A stretch of DNA of 64,000 nt. It comes from an uncultured Nitrososphaerales archaeon (GTDB lineage Archaea; Thermoproteota; Nitrososphaeria; Nitrososphaerales; Nitrososphaeraceae). Shown in pieces: positions 45,237 to 56,180 of the stretch; position 1 is the stretch's first letter, and each line of letters starts with the position of its first letter. Location: positions 32,001 through 96,000 of the forward strand of contig CAVQMO010000015.1 of NCBI GenBank assembly GCA_963713605.1, in the 5' to 3' direction. The position numbers and the translations under genes were made by a program. Under the pieces are notes generated by a model. It ran no database searches and had not been told where the DNA came from. It saw only the letters and a list, made by a program, of their open reading frames with translations.

Positions 45237-45878
45237 CTTCATGATCGAAAATTGACTTTTAGTGTGCAAGTTTCGTATTCCAATTTGTTTGTTGGTTGAA
45301 GTTAGAATGGTTATGGCTTAATTCTGGGGTAGTACATAAGAGCGGCTAATTAATACGAACCGTAGCATCATCGCTAATTTCTGATTAAGCGTTTGATCTC
45401 TTTAACCAGCTCTTCATTCTCAATAGGTTTACGAATGAATAATTGCTTGTTCAATGTGCTATACTCTTGACTTCTAAAATTCCTTATAGTAAAGTTCACT
45501 CGCTATGAGAAAACAAGCTCTAACGTTAGGATCTATCCTTTTTATTTCATTGTATAATTCAATGCCAGATATAGATGGCTTTGAATTAGATTCAGATATA
45601 GATTGCTCAAGAATGCTATATTTCAAAGCCAACAACAATGAGAGAATTAAAGGAACACGCAGATCATTTATTGAAAGAATAATGTAATAATGATCCTATG
45701 ACAGACCTGCTTTCACTAATCATCAAGATCACTAATCATAGGTATGTTTTCACAGGATATGTAATTCATTTGTCCTATGTTCTTTTGAACCCCCTTAATA
45801 GAAAATCCCGTTAAAATATGGTCAAATATCTGTCTTTAGATGAGATTATCATCATTGCAAAGCTATTCCGTCAGGGGG

Positions 45879-47030
45879 TCATGGCATACTTATTACCGTA
45901 TTATTGTACACCCCGTTATCTTGTACAGCTATCGCGTCAGAGGGCCTTGCAATATTTATTATAGTGTTGTTATGTATATTATTCTCAAAGGAATCCTTAT
46001 CTATCTCTATCCCTCTGTCACTCTTTGAAACTGTATTATTATAGATCTCATTGTCATGCGATTCACTAATCACTATTCCAATGTCTTCATTACTAACAAA
46101 ATTATTTCTGGCAATAGAATCGTACATGTTTCTGCTAAACATTATACCCATCTTTGTATTATTGTACACTTTATTGCCCTCAATCACTACGCTATAACAA
46201 TTCAAAGAACAGATGATACCTATGGAACCATTATCGTGCACTGTGTTGTTTCTAATTACCATATCGTGTGTTCCTGAATGTGGGTCTATTCCATAATAGA
46301 TATTGTGATGGATGTGATTATTTTCAATTATCATATCGCCGACACCTATTGAATAGAGAGCGAAGTATAGATTATGTATATTATTTCCTTTTACAAGACT
46401 GCCATCACCCCCTTCATACCTCAGTCCGGTACGGCCTCCCCCATATCCTGATTCGTATCCAAGATACGCTATCTCTGAATTCGTGACGTCAGTTGTACCT
46501 GTAGCGTCCTCTTCTACTATGATATAGGGCCTAGGAGTACCAACGCTTAAATCTTGTCCATCTCTATCTGAATCCTGACTTGCAGTATAGTTATTTGAAC
46601 TTGGGTTCCACGAAGTTAACTTGATAGAATCGATCTTAAGACTACCGGATACAAGTACAGGATGTGCCGTATCTCCTCCTCCATCTGCAATTATCTTAAG
46701 CCATGAGGTATCAGTCGAGTTTAAATAAAGAGTAGCATTTTTAGAGATTACGATGCCAGCGTTCAAGACCCATATACTATTATTGTTATCTTCTTTAAGT
46801 AGAATTTTTGGATCCTTCACTTGATTGTTGATATCAGTCAAATTCGCAGATTTACAACTAACTGTTATCATCTTTTCTTTAGGATCGTATGTAATACAGT
46901 TGGAGGATGATGATGAATCTTCTTTCTCTAATGTACTGGCCGTTAAAGCCGATGAAGATTGTGCTGCAAGAATTATGATCATAGTCATAACGAATGCCAA
47001 TATTAATAGTAAGAAGACTATCTTCGTCAA
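45879..47030 (-). CDS. Secreted right-handed beta-helix protein (NosD/AlgG-like)
   Basis: NSEIAYLG, YGIDPHSGT, IRNNTVHDNG, GIICS, parallel beta-helix repeats. Confidence 0.85.
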   Translation of the reverse strand: MTKIVFLLLILAFVMTMIIILAAQSSSALTASTLEKEDSSSSSNCITYDPKEKMITVSCKSANLTDINNQVKDPKILLKEDNNNSIWVLNAGIVISKNATLYLNSTDTSWLKIIADGGGDTAHPVLVSGSLKIDSIKLTSWNPSSNNYTASQDSDRDGQDLSVGTPRPYIIVEEDATGTTDVTNSEIAYLGYESGYGGGRTGLRYEGGDGSLVKGNNIHNLYFALYSIGVGDMIIENNHIHHNIYYGIDPHSGTHDMVIRNNTVHDNGSIGIICSLNCYSVVIEGNKVYNNTKMGIMFSRNMYDSIARNNFVSNEDIGIVISESHDNEIYNNTVSKSDRGIEIDKDSFENNIHNNTIINIARPSDAIAVQDNGVYNNTVISMP

Positions 47031-47465
47031 CGAACTGATTTAAGAACATAGTATAAGGAGGTATCATGTGGAATCATCATGACAAGTTAGAGATTTGTGG
47101 ATATAGGCAGAAAATGCCAAAGATAGGTTATGCCTTGATGCGTTAACGTATTCTTTCTTGTAATTTCACTCAGATTTACTCTCCACCTTCCTATTCCATT
47201 GTTGTTGTCATCGCAGTTGAATGTATCAATGATTCTTGTTAAAAGTATTCTTTTCAGTCCTTCGCGCGCAGTAAACTTTCGAACCATTTATATTTATATT
47301 ATACATTATTCTTAGGCGGTTCATAGTTACATAACATATGACTGTGGCTGCCTATCAAGCGGCATAACACAATAGTATACGCATTTTCCTCTACTTCTGG
47401 TAGTATACATCTACGTCCAATTTATACTTGCCACCTCAGTTACAATATGGTGTAACGTTCTCTAG

Positions 47466-47485
47466 GTACATTTCGACAAATGTAC
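47466..47485. promoter_or_regulatory. Palindromic operator candidate, site 1
   Basis: GTACATTTCGACAAATGTAC. Confidence 0.7.
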
Positions 47486-47541
47486 TATGGTTGCTTGTTT
47501 CTAAACTCATTTTCTAATCAATAATTTCAAATTTGCCCAAA

Positions 47542-47576
47542 CAATGTTCGAAAGATGTACCAATGATCTTAAATAC
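47542..47576 (+). promoter_or_regulatory. Operator site 2 plus TATA-like box
   Basis: CAATGTTCGAAAGATGTAC-8nt-TTAAATAC; ATG 30 nt after TATA start. Confidence 0.65.
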
Positions 47577-47598
47577 TTCATTCCGCCAGAATTGAATC

Positions 47599-48244
47599 AT
47601 GAAAAGCAAAATTCTTGCTGTTACTTCTATAATAAGTATTAGCATGGTATTGATTCTTGCATCTATTGGACTGCATCCTGTATCTGGACACGAAAGAAGA
47701 CTGTATACTATCGGCGATCAAAACTATCTCTTTGTAGTAGGTTCAATGAATGAGCCAGCGTTTGTGGACGACAAATCAGGGGTTGAAGTCTTCACATGGC
47801 TCGCCTGATCCGACCGATCCTATGAATTCCCAAGCAAATGGTACAAAGCCTATTGAAGGATTGACTCTCAAGGCAGATGTATCTGCAGGAGGAAAGAACA
47901 TGACCCTAGATCTGGAACCGGCATTCAGAGATCCAGGACATTACGAGGCAGTATTCTATCCAACAGTACCAACTACATACAACTATACAGTATATGGAGA
48001 TATTAATGGTACTGCATTCCGTGATACGTTCACATGCAGACCTGCTGGTGAATCAGAACCCGCCCAAGACAATTCAACGATAACTGTATCAGATGGTGTT
48101 ACTAGAATAGGTCAATCTGGAGGATTTGGTTGTTTCGAATCAAGAGCTGATGTGTCATTCCCAGAACAGTATGTATCAAATTACGAGCTACAACAGATGT
48201 TAAGCGAACTGCGGGGAACCTCTAACGCAACATCTCTGCCTTGA
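47599..48244 (+). CDS. Secreted protein with predicted mature N-terminal His (frameshift near 47803)
   Basis: VSG|HERRLY..VGSMNEP..PGHY; paralog of 51351. Confidence 0.75.
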
Positions 48245-48341
48245 ATACTGATAGATTCGTATGAGGAAGTCAGAACTAAATTTCTTTCCCTTTCTATTTT
48301 CTTATCATTCTGTTATTTGATAAGAAGGTTATTGAACATCT

Positions 48342-49856
48342 ATGTGGCTAGAACGTAAACATCTAATTATTACCCTATCAATACTATCCATTTTCATTAT
48401 ATCGATCATGCCTTTTACAACATTTATTCTACAAACTTTCTCGCAGGGTGAAGATATGTCTATGGTGATGACTAATTCAAATTCACAAGAAACCATCACC
48501 TCATATAAAGATGCTTTGATAAAAGCTCCGTTATTAGTGTCACAGATTGCAATAGTTGGGATAGTTTTTAATCACATTGTATTTTCAAAAGTGCTTCATA
48601 ACCGCATTCTAATAGAGCCAAATAGACCCAGTCAAATAATGCAAAAAGATATTGGGGCAGCTAGAAGAGTGTTCTTGATATTGATTCTGTCAGTTATAGT
48701 TCTGTTAGCTTCCAGCAGTGGGTTGTTCATCCTGGAGGTATATAATTTATCAGCAGAATTGGGGCTATCTTTCTCCGATACCTTTTCAATTGTATTGGAT
48801 ACTTCTGTTGGCACGGTCTGGCTTCTGAGGATTATCACTTCAATCTTGATTTTCATTCTGTTAATAATATACTATGTGTTAGTAAAGAGAAATATGATGA
48901 GTAGGAGGGAGAAGATAGATAGAGATAGCCGGAACAAGGCAAGTAACATTATCTTGTTATCTATTTTGATCCTAGGTTCAATAAATATCCTTTCGAATAG
49001 TATAGTAAGCCATAATGCTGCTGCGTCATTCTTTCCTGAGGTAGCAATATCTACTGATTGGTTACATGTGATGGCGGTTTCCATTTGGCTTGGAGGATTA
49101 TTCTATATATCAGCAATACTTCTTTATGCAATAAGAACTTCGAGTAAAAGAGAATATGAAACCAGTACAAAAGAAGAGCAAGTAGTAAGAAATTGCTACT
49201 CATTGGCAGTAATGCTTCCATATTTCTCAATTATTGCAATCATATGTTTAGGGGTGATCGGTATAAGTGGATTGTACATGGCTTGGCTTCAACTTCCATC
49301 AATAGGATCCATATTTGATTCATTATATGGAAATATCCTAATACTGAAGCTATGCGTTATCGTGCCAATGATCTTGTTAGGAGGCTACCACCAGATTAAA
49401 TTACATTTTGTCATGGTACAAATTGCACAACGAGGAAACAGGACACAAAAGCAATTTGAGATTTTACCAACCGTTGATCAAAAAAATTCTAGAGAAGTAC
49501 AAGGTGACAAAGGGCATTTCGACCCTTTTAATCGATTTTCTAAAACAATAAAGATCGAATCAATCATTGGAATTTTAGTTCTTGTGGTATCAGCATTTCT
49601 AACAATTACATCTCCTCCATCAATGCCAATGTCGGGCTCTCAGATGCAAATGCAAGGACTAGTTGGCACCAGTCCTAATAATGATGTGGGTGGTGGCGAG
49701 GAGCAACATAATCCTCGGACTTTTGATGGATTTACCATTATGGCATTAATTTTAGCTCTCGTTGTGTTGATTATGAGTCTGTATTACTACCGAAGGAGCA
49801 GGCTGGAATCAAAGATAACGGCAGATCTATTGAAGAAAAACGGATCATTATCTTAG
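48342..49856 (+). CDS. copD: CopD family copper uptake membrane protein
   Basis: SHNAA, DWLHVMAVSIWLGGLF, FS, SGLY, YGNILILK; many TMs. Confidence 0.88.
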   Translation: MWLERKHLIITLSILSIFIISIMPFTTFILQTFSQGEDMSMVMTNSNSQETITSYKDALIKAPLLVSQIAIVGIVFNHIVFSKVLHNRILIEPNRPSQIMQKDIGAARRVFLILILSVIVLLASSSGLFILEVYNLSAELGLSFSDTFSIVLDTSVGTVWLLRIITSILIFILLIIYYVLVKRNMMSRREKIDRDSRNKASNIILLSILILGSINILSNSIVSHNAAASFFPEVAISTDWLHVMAVSIWLGGLFYISAILLYAIRTSSKREYETSTKEEQVVRNCYSLAVMLPYFSIIAIICLGVIGISGLYMAWLQLPSIGSIFDSLYGNILILKLCVIVPMILLGGYHQIKLHFVMVQIAQRGNRTQKQFEILPTVDQKNSREVQGDKGHFDPFNRFSKTIKIESIIGILVLVVSAFLTITSPPSMPMSGSQMQMQGLVGTSPNNDVGGGEEQHNPRTFDGFTIMALILALVVLIMSLYYYRRSRLESKITADLLKKNGSLS

Positions 49857-49985
49857 GTCTAATTCAAGGCCTCTTAAAATCTGAATGCATAGTGATTTTT
49901 TATTTATCCCGTTAGTAGATACTAACTTCTGTCATTTTCTTCATCATATTATTAAATCCAATTAATAGCCTCATCCTGATTCTAT

Positions 49986-50020
49986 AATGTATCGAGAGAA
50001 GTACTATAATGTTTATGAAT
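49986..50020 (+). promoter_or_regulatory. Degenerate operator site 3 plus TATA-like box before copC
   Basis: AATGTATCGAGAGAAGTAC-8nt-TTATGAAT; ATG at 50040. Confidence 0.45.
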
Positions 50021-50039
50021 GTGGAAAGGGAATAAATTC

Positions 50040-50871
50040 ATGCAGAAGCTGATATACTACATGGAAAAACTTCACTATTGTAATAGGAATAGATCAATTA
50101 TGCTATTGACACTTTTGATTTCATTTACCATTCTCACCCTTTTAATTGGCAATATGATTGTTCAATATGCCTATGCACATGCCAACCCTATTTCATTTTT
50201 GCCTAAGTCCAATTCGATTATCTCAGAAACTAAGAACCTACCTCAGAAAGTAGTAATCATTTACTCTGAAAGACCAGAACCAAAAGCTAGCTATATTCAC
50301 GTAACTGATTCCCATAATGAACGAATAGACAAAAACGATTACAAGATTAATGCAGATAATCCTAGAGAGGCTTCAGTTTTTATGGATACCTCAAAATTAA
50401 AACAAGGAGTGTACACAGTTACTTGGCTTGCGTTGTCAAAGGACGATGGTCATATTACAAAGGGTTCATATGTATTTAGTATTGCTAGTGCAGCTAATCC
50501 ACCAAAAACAGGTAATATATCGAGTAATGCTTTTGTCAACAGTACCTATCATAGACAACGTAAATACTACGTATAAAATATCTCCATTCTATTCCGGAAT
50601 AAATAATAATTTTACTGTTTCGTTATCTGACCTAGAAGGTAACGCCCATGCCAATATTAAGGCCGTTTTTCTAATATTCAATAACAAACAGGCAGGATTA
50701 GGACCAATAACTGCTAATTTAACTAAGGTGGGCGAAGGTGAGTATAGCGGATCGGGTGGATATCTTAGTCAACCAGGTAACTGGGAAGTGACGTTTGTGG
50801 CTCAAAGAACCAATAACTACGATCTTAATCATAGATTTACTATCAATGTAAAAAATCCTCCTACAATATGA
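50040..50871 (+). CDS. copC: CopC periplasmic copper-binding domain plus YtkA/FixH-like domain (frameshift near 50548)
   Basis: AYA|HANP..YSERPE..GVYTVTW..SKDDGHITKG; LSQPGNWEV. Confidence 0.85.
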
Positions 50872-51206
50872 CTCCGATGTAGTTCTAATAGGCCTACATG
50901 AGGCTAAACTGATTAGAGTAGTACTGGAGAAGATTTCCTTTGCGTTTGATCTACCTATAAGTGAGATGACCTCGCGCATGCCATTCTCATGAACAGAAGA
51001 CAAGGTCGTCATTTGTTGCCTTTATCAATAGCTAATACGCTTTTTATGGAGATATCATTGAAATCCGAGTGCAATCTAACTAAAAGTATTTTTCAATTAT
51101 GAATGCAAAGACATCATTCGTGATATCATTTTTGATTAAATTCACATCTATTGATATTAAAGTAAGTTATAACAGTTCGCAAGTATATTAATTTGACCAC
51201 AGGAAT

Positions 51207-51229
51207 TAGTACATTCGTCGAATGCACTA
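51207..51229. promoter_or_regulatory. Palindromic operator site 4
   Basis: TAGTACATTCG-T-CGAATGCACTA (1 mismatch). Confidence 0.75.
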
Positions 51230-51350
51230 TGAATAGTCCAAATTATTATGTAAATAAGAGCTAACTATACTATAATGTGACTCTCCAAGTTTAGGAACCC
51301 AGTAATTTGGTTCCGTAAAACATATCTCTATCCTAAACATCTTATGGGCA

Positions 51351-52019
51351 TTGAGAAGTAAATTTACTTCCATTTCCGTTCTGCTAGGAGTAATGACTAT
51401 TGCTGCACTGTTACTTTTTTCAATGTCCAACAAAGGTCTAGTATATGCTCATCAGAAACAACTTTACACAATTGGAAATAATAAGTATCTGTTTGCTGCA
51501 GGATTCCTGAATGAACCTGTCTATTTGGACGACAAATCTGGAGTTGACTTGTACGTGTATACACCTGATCCAAAGGATCCTATGAGTACAGACTCAAATT
51601 CAACAAAGCCTGTAGAGGAGTTACAAGATTCTCTCAAGGCAGAGATATCTGCCGGTCCAAAAACAAAAGTTCTTGACTTGGAACCTGATGAAGAGCAGCC
51701 AGGACATTATACAGCATCCTTTATTCCAGATGTCGAAACGACCTACAAATTCCGGATCTTTGGAAATTTAAGTGGAAGTCCGATTGGCATTGATTTTTCA
51801 TGTAGCCCAGGGGCAGTTTCTGAGGATACCATAATAAGCAATTCTACAGAAAAGATTTCTGACACAGTAACGAGAAATGGAGTAATAGGAGGTTATGAGT
51901 GCCCGGCACCCAGATCTGATGGAGCGTTTCCTGAGCCAATTCTATCAAACGCTGATATAGGCAAGAAGCTTTCTGAATTAGAAAACAGAGTTTCAGCATT
52001 GGAGAATGCAACTAAATAG
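51351..52019 (+). CDS. Secreted protein with predicted mature N-terminal His
   Basis: VYA|HQKQLY..GFLNEP..PGHY; two conserved Cys; C-terminal coiled coil. Confidence 0.8.
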   Translation: MRSKFTSISVLLGVMTIAALLLFSMSNKGLVYAHQKQLYTIGNNKYLFAAGFLNEPVYLDDKSGVDLYVYTPDPKDPMSTDSNSTKPVEELQDSLKAEISAGPKTKVLDLEPDEEQPGHYTASFIPDVETTYKFRIFGNLSGSPIGIDFSCSPGAVSEDTIISNSTEKISDTVTRNGVIGGYECPAPRSDGAFPEPILSNADIGKKLSELENRVSALENATK

Positions 52020-52129
52020 AATAAATGATCTCTACTTTTTTCAGTGCAGGTAGCAATTAAAATACAATTGAAGATCATCGTTTTAAATTTAGTGAATGTA
52101 TTGAAGAATAACATGGATTATTCATCAAG

Positions 52130-52754
52130 ATGTTGCGAAGCCGATCATTTTTTCTAATTCTAACATTTATTATCCTTAGTATTGGTATCGTTAATTCAAG
52201 TAGCAGTAATAATATCTTTAAGTTTGTATCAAATGGATCCATGCTAGCATTTGCACAAACAGTTTCATTAACTAATAATGAGAATAATAACCAAACACAA
52301 CAGCAACAATGGGTAGACAAGGTGAATAACATAAGAATTCTATTCAGCTCTCCTGTTAGCCCAATAATCGATTCAAGGACTCAGTTAAAATTTGATGTAC
52401 AAAATCTGACAACAAACGAAAATATTAAAGATCTAAGCGGCAAGAGTCACAATAGCAACTAATAGCAGTGGTCAGCTAAGAACATTCAAGTATACTAACA
52501 TATCATCTATTAATGGTAGTTTTGCCATAAGTTATATTTTTCCCGATTCAGGGATATATCAAATACTAACTAGAGTAGATTTAAAGGATTTCTCTTCTCT
52601 GGCATCATTCAATGTAGATGTTCCAGTTCAGCCATCTAATGCACTTAATCCGTCAAGCTCAGCTTTTTATCCTATGGTTATTACTATTGTAGTAGTTGCT
52701 GGCATTATTGCAGGTATAGGAATATGGGTAATGCGTAAAAGAAGGAGTAGGTAG
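52130..52754 (+). CDS. Membrane-anchored Ig/YtkA-like protein (frameshift near 52440); paralog of 2493
   Basis: PIIDSRTQLKF.. then YIFPDSGIYQI..ASFNV, C-terminal TM and RKRR. Confidence 0.7.
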
Positions 52755-52915
52755 AAGGAGTATCACAATCTTAGGAATTAAAATACTATGTATCGGATCC
52801 TTTTATGGCTTTGTACAAATGGAAAAGAAAGAGTTTCTAAATTAGAAATTCTTGTTGTAACTAACTTATTATATGAGGTAAAGACTAAACTAAACTAGCC
52901 GAAACTAAAGTTATA

Positions 52916-54044
52916 TTACATTGAACCCATCGAACCAGCAGCCATAGACGAATTCGTTCCTACTTTTACCTCTGAAGGCTGTAATTCAAACTTCATCAGC
53001 CCATTAAATGCTTGTTGTTGTGAAGCCAGTTGCTGCCTGCGGCTGCGAGGATTGCTCTTGTTCCTTATTAGTATTAGTATTATTATTAACTCGTTTTGCC
53101 AAGTTAAGCAGAGTATCCTTTGTCAACATAATATGGATTACATCAGTTTTAGGATCAGTATTATCCAACACAATATCTTTTGTGACATCTAATCCATTTA
53201 CCGTGCCCGAATAAGAACTCGTATTAGTGAAGGCATTTGATTTAGGAACATTTATTTCTTCATGCACAAAAATATTGGCTTTCTTCAATCTGTCAATATT
53301 CCAATCAAAAGGCATACTGAATTGCATCTGCTTATTTTTTTCATTAAAGTTAAACCCATTCAATTTATCATAATATGAAATAATATTAATTGGAACATGT
53401 TTGCTATCTACATTTATCTGTCTATTTAATGTAGATCCTATGCTGAGCCAACTGTCATAGACATGTTGCTGATCAGCCGGAAGCACACAAGTATCACAAT
53501 CGATTGTTCCTATTCTAACTTTAAAATGGTACAATCCACCTTTTAGAAATATTGGTCCAGCCGCCTCCACAGGATTATCTGGTGTTCCAACATATGATCC
53601 TATAAGTGGCTCCTGTTCGCCATCAATTTTTACTATGCCTGTACTGTTATTTGGTGCTATTTCAATTCCCAATATGCCATTATGAGAATGGAACCAATTT
53701 GAAAACAGTTGTTTATTATCTTTATCTAGTATAGAAATATCATAATTCACATGATTAAATGATTTATTCGTCAGTGGATCAAATAATCTGAATTCAATTA
53801 TTGGTTTTTCATGTTTTGTTTGGAGGGTTTCCGTAGTCACAACTGAAGGGTTCATCTTTATCAGCAAATCTGATTGTCTATTACCTAACGATGCTGATGT
53901 CTGTTCCTGTGTCAAGCCATCTGCATAAGCAAGGTTAGTTATAGATGTTCTGTTAATAGCAAATAGCAGAATTAAAGCTATTAAAGAGAAGATACTGCAA
54001 ATTATGATACAAGATACAAACGAAGCAGCTCGTCTAGCAATCAA
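52916..54044 (-). CDS. Secreted thaumarchaeal protein (frameshift near C-terminus)
   Basis: Signal AYA|DG, FHSHNG, GPIFLKGGLYHF, CDTC, SYYD, MPFDW, VHEE. Confidence 0.75.
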
Positions 54045-54152
54045 TACCCGTATTCCTTGTTAGTAAATATTGTGTGTTTAGCTATTTTAGGCTTATGGTA
54101 TGAGCAAGGTATTCTTGTTTCATTGATATATAAATAGTTACTATGCAAGAGA

Positions 54153-54171
54153 GTACATTCGTTAAATGTAC
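54153..54171. promoter_or_regulatory. Palindromic operator site 5
   Basis: GTACATTCGTTAAATGTAC. Confidence 0.7.
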
Positions 54172-54291
54172 CACAAAATCTAATGGTAGGTAAAGCTCGT
54201 TGAGATAGCTTAAGAATTCGTAATAGGTCCAAATTCTTCGTTATTGTATATGGAATCTTTAATACATGCTATCTGTTATACAATCTATCTA

Positions 54292-54326
54292 GAACATTCG
54301 TCGGATGTACCACATTCTTTAATACA
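54292..54326 (+). promoter_or_regulatory. Operator site 6 plus TATA-like box
   Basis: GAACATTCGTCGGATGTAC-8nt-TTAATACA. Confidence 0.65.
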
Positions 54327-54456
54327 TGCCCAGGTAAACTTTCAATTATTGCATTTTGAAAAATAATTAGAATTTCTTTAGCAATCTGAACGTTCTATTG
54401 AACTAGTCAACAGAATCATGTGTGAGTGCCAAGTAGTGGTATATCCAAAATAACAC

Positions 54457-55023
54457 CTATAGCTTGTCAATAATACCCGTATAATTCTCTATAATGCGAT
54501 CTGTGAAGCTTTCTTTGTACTCTAGCAATACCCGATTGATCGTTATCTTATCTGCAACGCTATAAAGAAAATGGTCATTTCCATAGTTCGTGTTGAGTAT
54601 TCCAGCTTCTTTCAGCCTTTTGATATGCCAAGAAACGGTAGATGGAGCCTTGCCAATGTGATCTACAATTTCATTAAATGTACAAAATTCGTTCTTAAGC
54701 ATAAAAAACACAATGCTTCTAACAACATTACTTCTAAAGCAGCCTATAATATCAGAATCTCTTTTTGTTATATTGACAACAAAGTACCTTGTTACCCTAT
54801 TATTGCTCTGTCTTTCTACTCTAATCTCTCCGCTTTTCTCCAGTTTACCTAAATGATAAGATAAAACACCATTAGTCGTTCCAGATAACCTTATCAACTC
54901 CCTGTATCTTATTCCAGGATTTTCACATATGTAACTATAGATATCTTTTAGCAAATCACCTGAGCTGGGCACAAGATATTGTCCTGAAGTTGAATGGATA
55001 CTTTTATTATCTAAACTAGACAT
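54457..55023 (-). CDS. Double winged-helix transcriptional regulator (COG3398-like)
   Basis: NPGIRYRELIR..GVLSYHLGKLEK and TFNEIV..KAPSTVSWHIKRL. Confidence 0.85.
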   Translation of the reverse strand: MSSLDNKSIHSTSGQYLVPSSGDLLKDIYSYICENPGIRYRELIRLSGTTNGVLSYHLGKLEKSGEIRVERQSNNRVTRYFVVNITKRDSDIIGCFRSNVVRSIVFFMLKNEFCTFNEIVDHIGKAPSTVSWHIKRLKEAGILNTNYGNDHFLYSVADKITINRVLLEYKESFTDRIIENYTGIIDKL

Positions 55024-55457
55024 TATCTAGAGTTCACCTTTACAATGCCTATACCAAATAGGGCCAACATGGCAAATAGGATAATATGTGGTAATTCAAT
55101 GTTAACCCCTGGAATCAGTATATCCTGAATACCCCTGGCGGCATAGAAAAGAAATAGAATCTCCACTACGACAAGCGAAACAAACCCTAACGACATAAAC
55201 AACAATCTCGAACCGCCATTTCTAAAGTATGATGATAATGAAACAATACACAAGAAGATCGATAGTATTAGACTTGCAATGTGAAGAATGATATGATAAA
55301 TGTGTTGTGGGTGATTAATGTGTGGAATAATTAGTGGAATAGCCAGGATCGAAATTACAATTACTGAAACAAGAATGAAGAGTGTTGGTTTTTCAGAAAG
55401 AATGTTATTAATAATCATGCGTGATTTTCTGACAGAGTATACATGTTTCCTTTCCAT
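55023..55457 (-). CDS. His-rich 4-TM membrane protein
   Basis: IPHINHPQHIYHIILH, ELPH; TAATG overlap with regulator. Confidence 0.75.
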   Translation of the reverse strand: MERKHVYSVRKSRMIINNILSEKPTLFILVSVIVISILAIPLIIPHINHPQHIYHIILHIASLILSIFLCIVSLSSYFRNGGSRLLFMSLGFVSLVVVEILFLFYAARGIQDILIPGVNIELPHIILFAMLALFGIGIVKVNSR

Positions 55458-55579
55458 TTTCGCTCTTATAATTTTAAGTCTAGATCTATACTATCCGATC
55501 ATATCATAACCTAAAACAAATGACAACAAAAAAGTAAGTTGAAGCAGATAGTCTGACCTCGTCTTCACTATCTATAATT

Positions 55580-56124
55580 TTATGACCCTGTACTATTTGT
55601 TGCCTCCGCACCATCTCCATGTTCTCCTTCCTCTGCTCCAGGAGCAATTTTATTAATGCCTATGACTACTGTACTCCCAGGCGGAAATTCTAAACTATCT
55701 GTACCAGGATTTGCAATAGCTATATCTGTAATTACTTCTTCTTGTGGGGCAATATCAACATGGTAAAGACACATTTCTCCTGGAGCTGATAATTCCGGTA
55801 GATTTTCTAATTCGGCGAGCCGTGAAATTAGGCGCTTGCCCTAGTAGAACTTGAATGCTAGCAGTTGAGTTGTCTTCACATGGAACATTCACTGCAACAT
55901 GTCCATTCATTATCATATATGGTGTGGCATCATACAGATGAATAAACTTCCCAGCGGGAATGCTTGTTCCCTCAAGAAGCTCTGCTACTGAATCACGTAC
56001 TACGGTAGCGGGCCCCCTGGGCAAGCGTCGGTTGGATAATGTTATTCAGTCCATTTGTACTAAATCCCATTAGTCCAGCAATTATAAATCCAAGACAGAG
56101 AAACTTTGCATTTAATTCTCGCAT
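55580..56124 (-). CDS. Secreted His/Met/Cys-containing protein (two frameshifts)
   Basis: MRELNAKFLCLGF signal; FIHLYDATPYMIMNGHVAVNVPC; MCLYHVDI. Confidence 0.7.
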
Positions 56125-56145
56125 AGAATTTTGATCTATTCAACT

Positions 56146-56180
56146 TTAATTAAGCATTGTGGTACATTCGTCGAATGAAT
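56146..56180 (-). promoter_or_regulatory. Operator site 7 plus TATA-like box
   Basis: Minus strand ATTCATTCGACGAATGTAC-8nt-TTAATTAA; ATG 29 nt after TATA start. Confidence 0.7.

Noticed and set aside
47439..47456. GTTACA-N6-TGTAAC palindrome and resemblance to the Firmicute cop box or eukaryotic GTAC CuRE
   Set aside because: Single occurrence, spacing differs from TACAnnTGTA, and no CopY or SBP-type regulator; probably coincidental
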